Origin: an uncultured Rubellimicrobium sp.
Lineage (GTDB): Bacteria; Pseudomonadota; Alphaproteobacteria; Rhodobacterales; Rhodobacteraceae
Length of the DNA stretch: 48,438 bases
Direction: 5' to 3'
NCBI GenBank assembly: GCA_964443055.1
Contig: CAYUBT010000001.1
Span: 1-48,438, forward strand
Positions within the stretch are counted from its first letter, which is position 1. Each line of letters starts with the position of its first letter. Made by a program: the position numbers and the translations under genes. This document shows, in pieces, positions 27,294 through 36,283 of this stretch. Below the pieces are notes generated by a model. That model did not search any database, was not told the origin of the DNA, and was given only the letters and a program-made list of their open reading frames with translations.

Positions 27294-28756
27294 TGGCGGC
27301 GGACCTGCGCATTTCCCTCGAGATCGGCGATGGTGCGCGCCACCCGCCGGATCCGGTGATAGCCGCGCGCGGACAGGCCGAGCCGCTCGGCGGCGCGGCT
27401 GAGGATCATGCGCCCGCCCTCGTCGGGGGTGGCGATCTCGTCAAGGAGCTGGCCCTCGGCATCGGCATTGACGCGCATCCGGGCATGGTCCCTGAAGCGT
27501 GCCTCCTGAATCTCGCGCGCTTGCGCGACGCGGGCGGCGATCACGGTCGAACTCTCGCCCGAAGCGGGGAGGTCGAGATCGGCGAGTTCCACCGCCGGAA
27601 CCTCGATCCGCAGGTCGAAGCGGTCCATCAGCGGGCCCGAGATGCGGCCGAGGTAATCCGCACCACAGGCGGGAGCGCGCGAACAGGTGCGGTTGGCGTC
27701 GGCCAGATGGCCGCAGCGGCAGGGATTGGCGGCGGCCACGAGCAGGAAGCGGCAGGGATAGCGCACATGCGCATTGGCGCGGGCGACGACCACCTCGCCC
27801 GTCTCGATCGGCTGGCGGAGGGTCTCGAGCACGGTGCGCGGAAATTCCGGGAATTCGTCCATGAAGAGCACGCCGTTATGGGCAAGGCTGATTTCGCCCG
27901 GGCCCGCCTGTCGGCCGCCGCCGACGATGGCGGCCATGGACGCCGTGTGATGCGGCTCGCGGAACGGTCGCGTCCGGCTGATCCCGCCTTCATCAAGCAG
28001 CCCGGCCAGCGAGTGGACCATGGAGGTTTCGAGCGCCTCGGTCGGGGTGAGGGGTGGCAGGATGCCGGGCAGGCGTGCGGCCAGCATGCTCTTGCCCGAC
28101 CCGGGCGGCCCGACCATCATCAGATGGTGGCGTCCGGCAGCGGCGATCTCGAGTGCGCGTTTGGCGCGTTCCTGTCCGCGCACATCGCGCAGGTCTCGGG
28201 GTGCCGTTTCATGCGTCACCTCGCCCGGCTCCGCCGGGGCAAGGGGCTGCGCGCCGGTGAAATGGCGGATCACGGCGGCAAGGGTGGGGGCGGCGATGAC
28301 CTGTGCCGCGCCGACCCAGGCGGCCTCGGCCCCTGAGGCGCGCGGGCACAGAAGCATCCGCCCCTCCTCGGCTGCGGCCATGGCGGCGGGCAGCGCGCCC
28401 ATGACCGGGATGAGCGCTCCGCCGAGCGACAGTTCGCCCAGGGCGACCGTGCGCTCTACCTCGTCGGCCGGCAGGATTTCCAGTGCGGCAAGGACGGCCA
28501 GCGCGATGGGCAGGTCGAAATGCGAGCCTTCCTTCGGCAGGTCGGCGGGCGAGAGATTGATGGTGACACGTTTGGCGGGCAGGGCGATGGCCATGCCCGA
28601 AAGCGCCGCGCGAACCCGTTCGCGCGCCTCGCTCACCGCCTTGTCGGGCAGGCCGACGACGGCGAAGGCGGGAATGCCGGGCGAGAAGGCACATTGCACC
28701 TCGACCAGGCGCGCCTCGACCCCTTCGAACGCGACCGTATAGGTGATCGCCGTCAT
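27242..28756 (-). CDS. comM: YifB/ComM-family Mg-chelatase-like AAA+ ATPase
   Basis: 504 aa. N-terminal Lon-protease-like domain, Walker A GPPGSGKSMLA, VLFMDEFPEF, a zinc-ribbon-like C...C...C cluster, and a C-terminal ChlI-like tail. Confidence 0.92.
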   Translation of the reverse strand: MTAITYTVAFEGVEARLVEVQCAFSPGIPAFAVVGLPDKAVSEARERVRAALSGMAIALPAKRVTINLSPADLPKEGSHFDLPIALAVLAALEILPADEVERTVALGELSLGGALIPVMGALPAAMAAAEEGRMLLCPRASGAEAAWVGAAQVIAAPTLAAVIRHFTGAQPLAPAEPGEVTHETAPRDLRDVRGQERAKRALEIAAAGRHHLMMVGPPGSGKSMLAARLPGILPPLTPTEALETSMVHSLAGLLDEGGISRTRPFREPHHTASMAAIVGGGRQAGPGEISLAHNGVLFMDEFPEFPRTVLETLRQPIETGEVVVARANAHVRYPCRFLLVAAANPCRCGHLADANRTCSRAPACGADYLGRISGPLMDRFDLRIEVPAVELADLDLPASGESSTVIAARVAQAREIQEARFRDHARMRVNADAEGQLLDEIATPDEGGRMILSRAAERLGLSARGYHRIRRVARTIADLEGNAQVRRHHVAEALSYRLALSKDT

Positions 28757-28834
28757 GCCGGTTCCCGCCCCCTTTTCGGAGAGTGTAGCGAGAGCATGGT
28801 TGATGAAGTGTAAACGCGGCCTGCGAAAGCCGCC

Positions 28835-29404
28835 TCAGGAGAGGACGTTCATCCGCCGCAGGTTCCAGTGCGACGGTGTGAGGGAGATCTCGGTCAGCGA
28901 CAGGGGTGTGACGGGGCGGCCCATGACGGCGGCGGGCGTCTCGCCGGTTGCCTCCTGCACGAGAGCGAGGATGGTGCCGAAATGCGCGACCACGACGAGT
29001 TCGCCATGCGCGGCCACAAGCCGTTGTGTGGCAAGCAACACCCGGCTGCGGAATCCCTCCCATCCCTCGCCGCCGGGCGGGGCGGCCATTGCGGGGTCGG
29101 TCCAGAAGCTTCGTGACAACGCCGGATCACGCGCGGAAATCTCCTGATAGGTCAACCCGTCCCAGTCGCCGAAATCCATCTCGCGCAGGTCGCGCTCATG
29201 GGGCAGACGTTCGCGCGTCCCGGCGATGGCGTCGGCGGTAGCCACGGCGCGGATCAGGTCGGAGGAGACGACCGGCGCATCCGGCAGAGCGGCCGAGAGC
29301 CGCGCCAGTGCGGCACTGTCCGTGAGATCGGCGGGAATGTCGCGCCAGCCGGTGACCGCGCGCGCATGGGTCGGGCCGTGGCGGACGAGCCAGAGCGTGC
29401 TCAC
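28835..29404 (-). CDS. histidine phosphatase family protein (CobC-like alpha-ribazole phosphatase candidate)
   Basis: Start re-picked at GTG 29404 (VSTLWLVRHGPT = RHG catalytic motif), with a GTGA overlap on the cobU stop. The function is inferred from coupling to cobU only. Confidence 0.7.
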   Translation of the reverse strand: MSTLWLVRHGPTHARAVTGWRDIPADLTDSAALARLSAALPDAPVVSSDLIRAVATADAIAGTRERLPHERDLREMDFGDWDGLTYQEISARDPALSRSFWTDPAMAAPPGGEGWEGFRSRVLLATQRLVAAHGELVVVAHFGTILALVQEATGETPAAVMGRPVTPLSLTEISLTPSHWNLRRMNVLS

Positions 29405-29937
29405 GGCAGGCACCCCTTGAGCGCCAGCGGCAGGCCCGCGATCACGGTGACGACCAGATCGGCACGGGCAGCGGCACGGCGGTTGAATCCGCCCTGGATG
29501 TCGCGGAACCGGCGGGCGAGCGCGTTCTCGGGCACGATCCCGGCACCCACCTCGTTCGAGACGATGATGGTCGGCCCGGGCGCGGCGGCGAGGGCGGGCC
29601 AGAGCGCGGCTTCTGCGGCCGCGATGTCGGCCTCGGAGAGGAGCAGATTCGTCAGCCACAATGTCGCGCAATCGACGAGCGCGGCCTCGCCCGTGCCCAG
29701 GGTGGCGAGGGCGGCGGGAAGATCGAGCGGCTCCTCGACATTGCGCCAGCCATGCCCCTCGCGCAGCGCCTGATGGCGTGCCACCCGGTTGGCGATCTCG
29801 GCGTCACGGATTTCGGCGGTGGCGATATGGACGGGCAAGAGCCCTGTTCCGAGCACCAGCCCCTCGGCAAAGGCGGACTTGCCCGAGGCGGCGGCGCCGA
29901 TGACAAGTGTGAGCGGGGGCAGGCTTGTGTGTTCCAT
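29401..29937 (-). CDS. cobU: bifunctional adenosylcobinamide kinase / adenosylcobinamide-phosphate guanylyltransferase
   Basis: 178 aa. P-loop GAAASGKSAFAE, with VDCATLWLTN and IVSNEVGAGIVPEN blocks typical of CobU/CobP. Confidence 0.85.
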   Translation of the reverse strand: MEHTSLPPLTLVIGAAASGKSAFAEGLVLGTGLLPVHIATAEIRDAEIANRVARHQALREGHGWRNVEEPLDLPAALATLGTGEAALVDCATLWLTNLLLSEADIAAAEAALWPALAAAPGPTIIVSNEVGAGIVPENALARRFRDIQGGFNRRAAARADLVVTVIAGLPLALKGCLP

Positions 29938-29996
29938 GCCCTTCCCTAGCGCCGGGCCGGGGCGCGGGAAAGGCCCCGTTTGTCCTGCCGCCCACC

Positions 29997-30383
29997 TCAG
30001 ATCGCGGCGACCGCCACCGCGAGCATGTCACGCACCTGGCCCGCGACCTTTTTCAGTTCGTCATTGTCGATGGCCTGCATCGAGGCGACCGGGTCGATGG
30101 CGCTGACTTCGACGCCGCCCTCGATCTCGCGCACGATGACATTGCAGGGCAGCATCGCGCCGACCCGTGGCTCAAGTCCCATGGCCTCGTGCGCCATCTT
30201 CGGATTGCAGGCACCGAGGATGAGATAGCCCGGCACGTCCACGTCGATCCTGGCCTTGAGCGTGCTCTTCACGTTGATCTCGGTGAGGACTCCGAAACCC
30301 TGTCCGGCCAGCGCTTCGCGCGTGCGGGCGTCGATCTCGTCGATGGTGGCACCTGCGAAGGTGCGGTCGATCGTGTAGGTCAT
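29997..30383 (-). CDS. DUF302 domain-containing protein
   Basis: Start re-picked at ATG 30383 (AGGAGA upstream). GFGVLTEINVKSTLKARI...YLILGACNPKMAHEA...LPCNVIVRE is the DUF302 pattern. Confidence 0.75.
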   Translation of the reverse strand: MTYTIDRTFAGATIDEIDARTREALAGQGFGVLTEINVKSTLKARIDVDVPGYLILGACNPKMAHEAMGLEPRVGAMLPCNVIVREIEGGVEVSAIDPVASMQAIDNDELKKVAGQVRDMLAVAVAAI

Positions 30384-30485
30384 GGGGGCTCTCCTGTCCG
30401 CAGGGTTATTCATTACAGACATGAGATGTATCTTCCTGTGCGGATTGCAAGGGCGAGCCGGGTTGTGGGGGGCGGGCCGAGCCTT

Positions 30486-30566
30486 TCGTCATTGCGAGGA
30501 GCGGCAGGCGACGCGGTAAACCAGAACGTGGGGAGGCTGGGCGGCTTCACTGCCGCTCGCAATGAC
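30486..30566. repeat. palindromic intergenic element, copy 4
   Basis: TCGTCATTGCGAGGAGCGGCAGGCGACGCGGTAAACCAGAACG...GGCGGCTTCACTGCCGCTCGCAATGAC, followed by the GAATGATGGCTCCGG flank. It lies directly 3' of the MalK-like ATPase gene. Confidence 0.8.
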
Positions 30567-30639
30567 AACAGGAATGATGGCTCCGGCGCCCTGGATGCCC
30601 CTGCGCCATGACGAAAGACGGGGGATTCGGAGGCGGGGG

Positions 30640-31698
30640 TCAGCCTTCCAGCCGCGCGCCGGTGGCGGCGTCGAACAGGTGCAGCCTTTCGGGCGGGACC
30701 GAGAGGCGGATGACGTCGCCGGGCCGCATGTTCATTCGTTCGCGAAAGACGACGCGCACCTCATGTGCGCCGATGGTGCCGAAGGCGTGGATCTCGGGGC
30801 CGGTGGGCTCGATCACCGAGACGGTGAAGTCGATGGGGCCGGCCTCGTCATGCACGAAGCTCTCGGGCCGGATGCCGAGCGTCACCTTTGCGCCCGGGGC
30901 CATGCCGAAATCCCCCGAGGGGACGGTGCCTGCGCCGTCGATGGCGATTCCGCCCCCAACCTTGAGCGCAGGCAGGAAGCTCATCGCGGGCGAGCCGAGA
31001 AACCCGGCGACAAAGCGGTTCGCCGGCCGGTCATACAGGTCGAGCGGGCTGCCGACCTGTTCGATCCGTCCCTCGTTCATGACCACGATCCGGTCGGCCA
31101 TCGTCATGGCCTCGATCTGGTCATGGGTCACGTAGACGATGGTCGTGCCGAGCTTCTGGTGCAGGGCCTTGATTTCGGTGCGCATCGAGATGCGGAGCTT
31201 GGCGTCGAGGTTGGAGAGTGGCTCGTCGAACAGAAACACCTTCGGATCGCGCACGATCGAGCGGCCCATGGCCACCCGCTGCCGCTGCCCGCCCGACAAC
31301 TGCCCCGGCGCGCGGTTCAGGTAATCCGCAAGATTGAGGATTTCGGAGGCCCGCTTCACGCCTGCCTCGATCCTGTCGCGCCCCTCGCCCCGGATGCGCG
31401 GCCCGAAGGCGATGTTGTCGCGCACCGACATATGCGGAAAGAGCGCGTAGGACTGGAACACCATGGCCATGTCACGTTTCTGCGGCGGGACGTCGTTGGT
31501 GCGCGCGCCGCCAACGACGAGATCGCCGCCCGAGATTTCCTCGAGACCGGCGATCATGCGCAGAAGCGTGGATTTGCCACAGCCGGACGGGCCGACGAGG
31601 ACGACGAACTCGCCGTCCGCCACGTCGAGTGACAGGTCCGGGATCACCGTGACGGAGCCGTAATCCTTGCGCAGGTTGCGGATCTGAAGGTCGGCCAT
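30640..31698 (-). CDS. sugar/polyol ABC transporter ATP-binding protein (MalK/UgpC-like)
   Basis: 352 aa. Walker A GPSGCGKST, signature LSGGQRQRVAMGR, Walker B FLFDEPLS, and a C-terminal TOBE-like regulatory domain. Confidence 0.9.
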   Translation of the reverse strand: MADLQIRNLRKDYGSVTVIPDLSLDVADGEFVVLVGPSGCGKSTLLRMIAGLEEISGGDLVVGGARTNDVPPQKRDMAMVFQSYALFPHMSVRDNIAFGPRIRGEGRDRIEAGVKRASEILNLADYLNRAPGQLSGGQRQRVAMGRSIVRDPKVFLFDEPLSNLDAKLRISMRTEIKALHQKLGTTIVYVTHDQIEAMTMADRIVVMNEGRIEQVGSPLDLYDRPANRFVAGFLGSPAMSFLPALKVGGGIAIDGAGTVPSGDFGMAPGAKVTLGIRPESFVHDEAGPIDFTVSVIEPTGPEIHAFGTIGAHEVRVVFRERMNMRPGDVIRLSVPPERLHLFDAATGARLEG

Positions 31699-31820
31699 GC
31701 TGCGCTCTCCGTGGTCCGGTGCCCCCGGCGGGGCCGTCTACCCGCCAGACCTTGGAGCGCGCCGACCGAAAGATCAACCAGACTGCGTGATTCCGCAGGG
31801 CCCCGGATCCATCATTCCAC

Positions 31821-31900
31821 TCGTCATTGCGAGCGGAGCGGAGCAACCCAGTCCCCACGCTGCTGGCTTGCCGCACCGGCTGACGCATCCTCGCAAGGAC
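31821..31900. repeat. palindromic intergenic element, copy 5 (inverted orientation, degenerate right arm)
   Basis: TCGTCATTGCGAGCGGAGCGGAGCAACCCAG...GCTGGCTTGCCGCACCGGCTGACGCATCCTCGCAAGGAC. The flank motif appears reverse-complemented upstream (CCGGATCCATCATTCC, about 31805-31820). It lies in the divergent promoter region. Confidence 0.7.
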
Positions 31901-32134
31901 GGGGGTTCCCTGGGGCGTCTCGTGGACCGGATGCTCCTCCGTAACCCTGTCCGGGGTCGTTGTATCGGCTCAGGGGGGATGCGGGCTTCACCGCAACATG
32001 AGTTCGGCACCCTGCGTGGTTATGGCAGCGCTAACAAATACCTTGTGCCGGGCAGGATGATCGGCCAAGGTCCGGGCCGTGCGGGCCTCGCCTTGCTGCC
32101 AGGTCCGCCCGCAACACTCAGCAGGGAGCCCATC

Positions 32135-33361
32135 ATGTCCATCGTCTCCTCCAGCCGGCTTGCCGCCGCCGCCAGCGTTCTTGCGCTTGCCGCGAGCGCA
32201 GCCGTTGCCGATATCCGCGTGACCGTCGCCGAATACAGCTCGCTCACCGGCCCCTTCTTCAACGATGCAGCGGCCGCCTTCGAGGCCGAGACCGGCACCA
32301 CGGTGAATATCGAGGTCGTGCCCTGGGACGTCCTGTTCCAGAAGCTCACGACCGACATTTCCGGCGGTGCCAATGCCGACCTGTCGATCATCGGAACCCG
32401 CTGGCTGATCGACTTCGCCTCCGAAGACCTCGTCCAGCCGCTCGATGACCTGATCTCCGACGACCTGCGCGAGCGCTTTGTGCCCGCCTTCCTCGAGCCG
32501 TCGGTGATGGATGGCCAGCTTCTGGGCCTGCCGGTCGCGGCCTCGGCCCGGGCGATGTATTACAACACCGACCTGATGGAGCAGGCCGGCGTCGAGGAAG
32601 TGCCCCAGAACTGGGAAGAACTCGCTGCCGCCGCCGAGAAGATCAGCGCCCTGGGCGAGGATATCTACGGCTACGGCCTGCAGGGTGCCGAAATCGAGAC
32701 CGACGTCTATTACTACTATGCGCTCTGGTCCTACGGCGGCGACCTGATCACCGATGAGGGCACCTCGGGCCTCGGCACCCAGGCGGCGATCGACGCGGCC
32801 AACATGTACCAGAACCTGATCGCTTCCGGCGTCACTCAGCCGGGCGTCACCTCCTACTCGCGCGAGGACGTGCAGAACCTGTTCAAGCAGGGCCGCGTCG
32901 GCTTCATGATCACCGCGCCCTTCCTCGCCACCCAGATCGCCAACGAGGCGCCTGATCTCAACTATGGCGTCGCGGCAATCCCGGCCGGGCCGGACGGGGA
33001 CCGGGGCACCTACGGCGTCACCGACTCGATCATCATGTTCGCGAACTCGCCGAACCAGGAAGAGGCCGCAGCCTTCCTCGACTTCGTGTTCGGGCATGAC
33101 TGGCGCGTGCGCTTCGACTCGGGCGAGGGCTTCCTGCCCGTGACCTCCTCGGTCGCCGAGGACCCGGCTTTCGCCGATGATCCGGTGCTGAGCGTGTTCA
33201 CCTCGCTCCTGCCGACCGCGCGTTTCGCGCCGACGATCTCGGGCTGGGAAGAGATTGCCGCCATCGCCTCGGATGCGATGCAGACGATCTATCTCGGCCA
33301 GGGCGATGTCGAGTCGACACTGGCTGGTGCGGCCGAGCGGATCAACGCGATCCTGCCGTAA
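32135..33361 (+). CDS. extracellular solute-binding protein family 1 (sugar ABC transporter substrate-binding protein)
   Basis: Start re-picked at ATG 32135 (GGGAG upstream; MSIVSSSRLAAAASVLALAASAAVA is a signal peptide). It shows a typical SBP_bac_1 pattern. The 146 upstream codons of ORF 31697..33361 cross a repeat and were discarded. Confidence 0.85.
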   Translation: MSIVSSSRLAAAASVLALAASAAVADIRVTVAEYSSLTGPFFNDAAAAFEAETGTTVNIEVVPWDVLFQKLTTDISGGANADLSIIGTRWLIDFASEDLVQPLDDLISDDLRERFVPAFLEPSVMDGQLLGLPVAASARAMYYNTDLMEQAGVEEVPQNWEELAAAAEKISALGEDIYGYGLQGAEIETDVYYYYALWSYGGDLITDEGTSGLGTQAAIDAANMYQNLIASGVTQPGVTSYSREDVQNLFKQGRVGFMITAPFLATQIANEAPDLNYGVAAIPAGPDGDRGTYGVTDSIIMFANSPNQEEAAAFLDFVFGHDWRVRFDSGEGFLPVTSSVAEDPAFADDPVLSVFTSLLPTARFAPTISGWEEIAAIASDAMQTIYLGQGDVESTLAGAAERINAILP

Positions 33362-33373
33362 TCCCGGCAACCC

Positions 33374-33397
33374 CGGCCCCCGCTTCAGGGGGCCGGG
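33374..33397 (+). other. intercistronic hairpin between the binding-protein and permease genes
   Basis: CCGGCCCCC-GCTTCA-GGGGGCCGG (9-bp GC stem) lies 13 nt after the SBP stop. No U-tract. Confidence 0.4.
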
Positions 33398-33445
33398 CCT
33401 ACCCGTCGGCGATCGGCCGACCAGGCCCAGACGGATTCGCCGCGC

Positions 33446-34321
33446 ATGAAACGTTCGCTTCTCGTCAATCCCTATGTGCTGATCGCGCCGGGTTTCCTTC
33501 TGTCCGCGCTGATCATCCTCTGGCCCCTGGCCGAGATCATGCGCATCGCCGTTCATGACGTGAACCGCTTCGGCCTGCTGCGCGAATATGTCGGGTTCGA
33601 GAATTTCCGCGCCATCTTCGCCGATTCGGAATTTCTCGGAGCGCTGAGGCGCACGGCGATCTGGGTCTTCGGCATCGTCGGCGGCTCGATCATCATCTCG
33701 ATCCCGGTGGCGATGATCCTCAACGCTGACTTCCACGGGCGCGGTCTTGCGCGGGTCATCATCATGCTGCCCTGGGCCATCTCGCTGACCATGACGGCCA
33801 TCGTCTGGCGCTGGGCTCTTGACGGCGAGAGCGGGATGCTGAATTCGGCCCTGCGCGGGCTGGGGATCATGGACCAGAACGTGCAGTGGCTCGCCCAGGC
33901 CTCGACGGCCTTTCCGATGCAGATCATGATCGGCATTCTCGTCACGATCCCTTTCACGGTGACGATCTTTCTTGGCGGCCTGTCGTCCATTTCCGATGAC
34001 CTCTACGAAGCCGCGCAGCTCGAGGGCGCGAATCCGTGGCAGATCTTCCGCGAGATCACCCTGCCGCTGCTCAAGCCCTTCGTGAATATCGCCGTGGTGA
34101 TGAACACGATCTACGTGTTCAACTCCTTCCCGATCATCTGGGTGACGACCCAGGGCGGGCCCGCGAAATCGACGGATATCCTCGTCACCTATCTCTACAA
34201 GCTGGGCTTCCAGTACGGGCGGCTCGATGACGCGTCGGCGCTCTCGATCCTGATGTTCGTACTGCTGCTGGTGGTGACGCTGATCTATGTGCGCCTCGCC
34301 ATGCGGGAGGAGAAGCAATGA
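33446..34321 (+). CDS. carbohydrate ABC transporter permease (MalF/UgpA-like)
   Basis: 291 aa, 6 predicted TM segments. EAA-loop-like [25 protein letters not shown]. Confidence 0.88.
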   Translation: MKRSLLVNPYVLIAPGFLLSALIILWPLAEIMRIAVHDVNRFGLLREYVGFENFRAIFADSEFLGALRRTAIWVFGIVGGSIIISIPVAMILNADFHGRGLARVIIMLPWAISLTMTAIVWRWALDGESGMLNSALRGLGIMDQNVQWLAQASTAFPMQIMIGILVTIPFTVTIFLGGLSSISDDLYEAAQLEGANPWQIFREITLPLLKPFVNIAVVMNTIYVFNSFPIIWVTTQGGPAKSTDILVTYLYKLGFQYGRLDDASALSILMFVLLLVVTLIYVRLAMREEKQ

Positions 34322-35148
34322 CCCTGTCGCGCAAGATGCGCCGCACGATCTGGTCCTGGGTCGCCCTTGCGCCTCTGGTCGTGCTCGTGCTCTTTCCCTT
34401 CGCGGTCATGTTCCTGACCGCGGTGAAGCCGGGAACCGAAGTGCTGCGCCCCAACTGGGTGCCGAGCGAATTCCGCTGGCGGAATTTTTACACGATGTGG
34501 GAGGCCACGAATTTCGGCCCCGCGCTGTGGAACTCGATCTATGTTGCCACGCTCTCGACGGTCATCGCGCTGATTGCCGCGATTCCGGCGGCCTATGCGA
34601 TGAGCCGCTATCGTTTCGCCGGAAAGGGGGCGTTCCAGCAGTTCCTGCTCGTCAGCCAGATGCTTTCGCCCATCATCCTCGTCATCGGCCTGTTCCGCCT
34701 GATTGTCTGGCTGGGGCTGGTGGACAGCACCAACTCTGTCGTGGTCGTCTATGCGGCCTTCGGAATCGCCTTCTCGGTCTGGATGCTGCAGAGCTATTTC
34801 GCGACCATCCCCAGGGATCTCGAGGAAGCTGCCTGGATCGAGGGTGCCTCGCCCTGGCAGGCGCTCGTCCGCGTGTTCCTGCCGCTGGCCCTGCCCGCGA
34901 TGGTCGTGACCGCGCTCTTCACCTTCATCAATGCCTGGAACGAATTCGTCATCGCCTTGACCATGCTGCGCACCCAGGACAGCTACACCCTGCCGATCCA
35001 GATCTTTTCGCTGGTTGCGGGGCGCTACACAGTCGAATGGCATCACGTCATGGCCGCGACCTTTGCCGCGACGATCCCGGTGGCGATCATCTTCGCCTGG
35101 CTGCAGCGCTACCTCGTGCGGGGCCTTGCGCTGGGGGCGGTGAAATAG
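34318..35148 (+). CDS. carbohydrate ABC transporter permease (MalG/UgpE-like)
   Basis: 276 aa. EAA loop [29 protein letters not shown] overlap with the preceding permease gene. Confidence 0.88.
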   Translation: MTLSRKMRRTIWSWVALAPLVVLVLFPFAVMFLTAVKPGTEVLRPNWVPSEFRWRNFYTMWEATNFGPALWNSIYVATLSTVIALIAAIPAAYAMSRYRFAGKGAFQQFLLVSQMLSPIILVIGLFRLIVWLGLVDSTNSVVVVYAAFGIAFSVWMLQSYFATIPRDLEEAAWIEGASPWQALVRVFLPLALPAMVVTALFTFINAWNEFVIALTMLRTQDSYTLPIQIFSLVAGRYTVEWHHVMAATFAATIPVAIIFAWLQRYLVRGLALGAVK

Positions 35149-35151
35149 ACC

Positions 35152-36090
35152 TTATCCGAGCGATGACGAGGTAAGCCAGACGCCGACGAAGGTGACGGCG
35201 AGGCCGGCGAACATGACGAATGTCAGGGGTTCGGAGAACAGCGCCCAGGCCCAGATCATCGTGACCGAGGGGCTCAGATAGATCGCCGCGCTCACCCGGG
35301 CGACCGGATAGAGCCGCAGGCTCGTGTAATAGACCGAATAGGCGAGGAAGGTGGCGATCAGCACCAGCCACGCCTGGCCTATTGCGAAGTTGCGCGTAAG
35401 CGGTGGCATGAGGCTTCCCTGCCAGGCGGCGCAGATCCCGAACAGCAGCGCGCCAGTCAGCATATGGACCGTGAGTGCCTGATGCACCGGCATGTGCAGT
35501 GACGGTCGCTTCTTGTGAATGACGGAGGCGAAGGCGAAGACCAGCATCGCGCCGACGGTCAGCCCGTAGGCCCAGAGCGGTGCCGAGCCGAGGCTGAGGC
35601 TGTCGAAGGACACGAGCACCACCCCGGCGATGGCGACTGCCGTGCCCAGCCATTGCCGGGCCGTCACCCGCTCCCCCAGCATGGGGAACGACAGCACGAT
35701 GATCGCCAGCGGGACAAGGTCGGAGATCAGCGCCACCAGACCCGTGGGCACGCGTTGCTCGATGGCCAGCGAGAAGCCCCCCAGGTAGAGGAACACCGAC
35801 ATGACGCCGAAGGCGGCCTGTTCGCCGATAGCGCGCAGGCGCATCCTCGGGCCGAAGATCAGCGCGAAGGGCAGAAGCACTACACCACCGATCAGCGTGC
35901 GCCAGAACAGGACCAGCAGGACGCTCGCTTCCTCGCTTGCATAGCGGATGCCGATGAAGCCCGAACTCCAGCCCAGGATCAGCAGCGCGGCAAGGACAGG
36001 CCACAGAAGCGGATGCCCGCTCCAGCTTCGGCGGGGCGGTGTTGCGGGCTCGACGGCTCCGGGCGGGGCAGGGGTCGGATTGGCGGGCAC
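35152..36090 (-). CDS. DMT-superfamily (EamA-like) transporter
   Basis: 312 aa, about 10 hydrophobic segments arranged as two EamA-like halves. GTG start at 36090 (uncertain). The stop lies 3 nt from the convergent permease stop. Confidence 0.75.
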   Translation of the reverse strand: MPANPTPAPPGAVEPATPPRRSWSGHPLLWPVLAALLILGWSSGFIGIRYASEEASVLLVLFWRTLIGGVVLLPFALIFGPRMRLRAIGEQAAFGVMSVFLYLGGFSLAIEQRVPTGLVALISDLVPLAIIVLSFPMLGERVTARQWLGTAVAIAGVVLVSFDSLSLGSAPLWAYGLTVGAMLVFAFASVIHKKRPSLHMPVHQALTVHMLTGALLFGICAAWQGSLMPPLTRNFAIGQAWLVLIATFLAYSVYYTSLRLYPVARVSAAIYLSPSVTMIWAWALFSEPLTFVMFAGLAVTFVGVWLTSSSLG

Positions 36091-36283
36091 GGTGTCCTGT
36101 CAGATCGCGCGCAAGGGTGTTGCCCGGTCATTGCAGATTGTGCGGCGGGGGCAAGGGGGGAGACCCTTCGCGGATTGCAGACAGACAGCGCTTAACATCC
36201 GGCAATCCGGTGCTATGGTGAACGCATGTTGCAGAGTCTTGTGCTCGGCGGCAGTCACTATCATAAAGAGGGAGCCAACAGGA

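Noticed and set aside
36130-36181. Direct ATTGCAGA repeats (36130-36137 and 36174-36181) upstream of the Tat-SBP gene, and a GCGGATTGCA 10-mer shared with 30443.
   Set aside because: 8-10-mers recur many times by chance in 48 kb, so they are not significant without conservation evidence.
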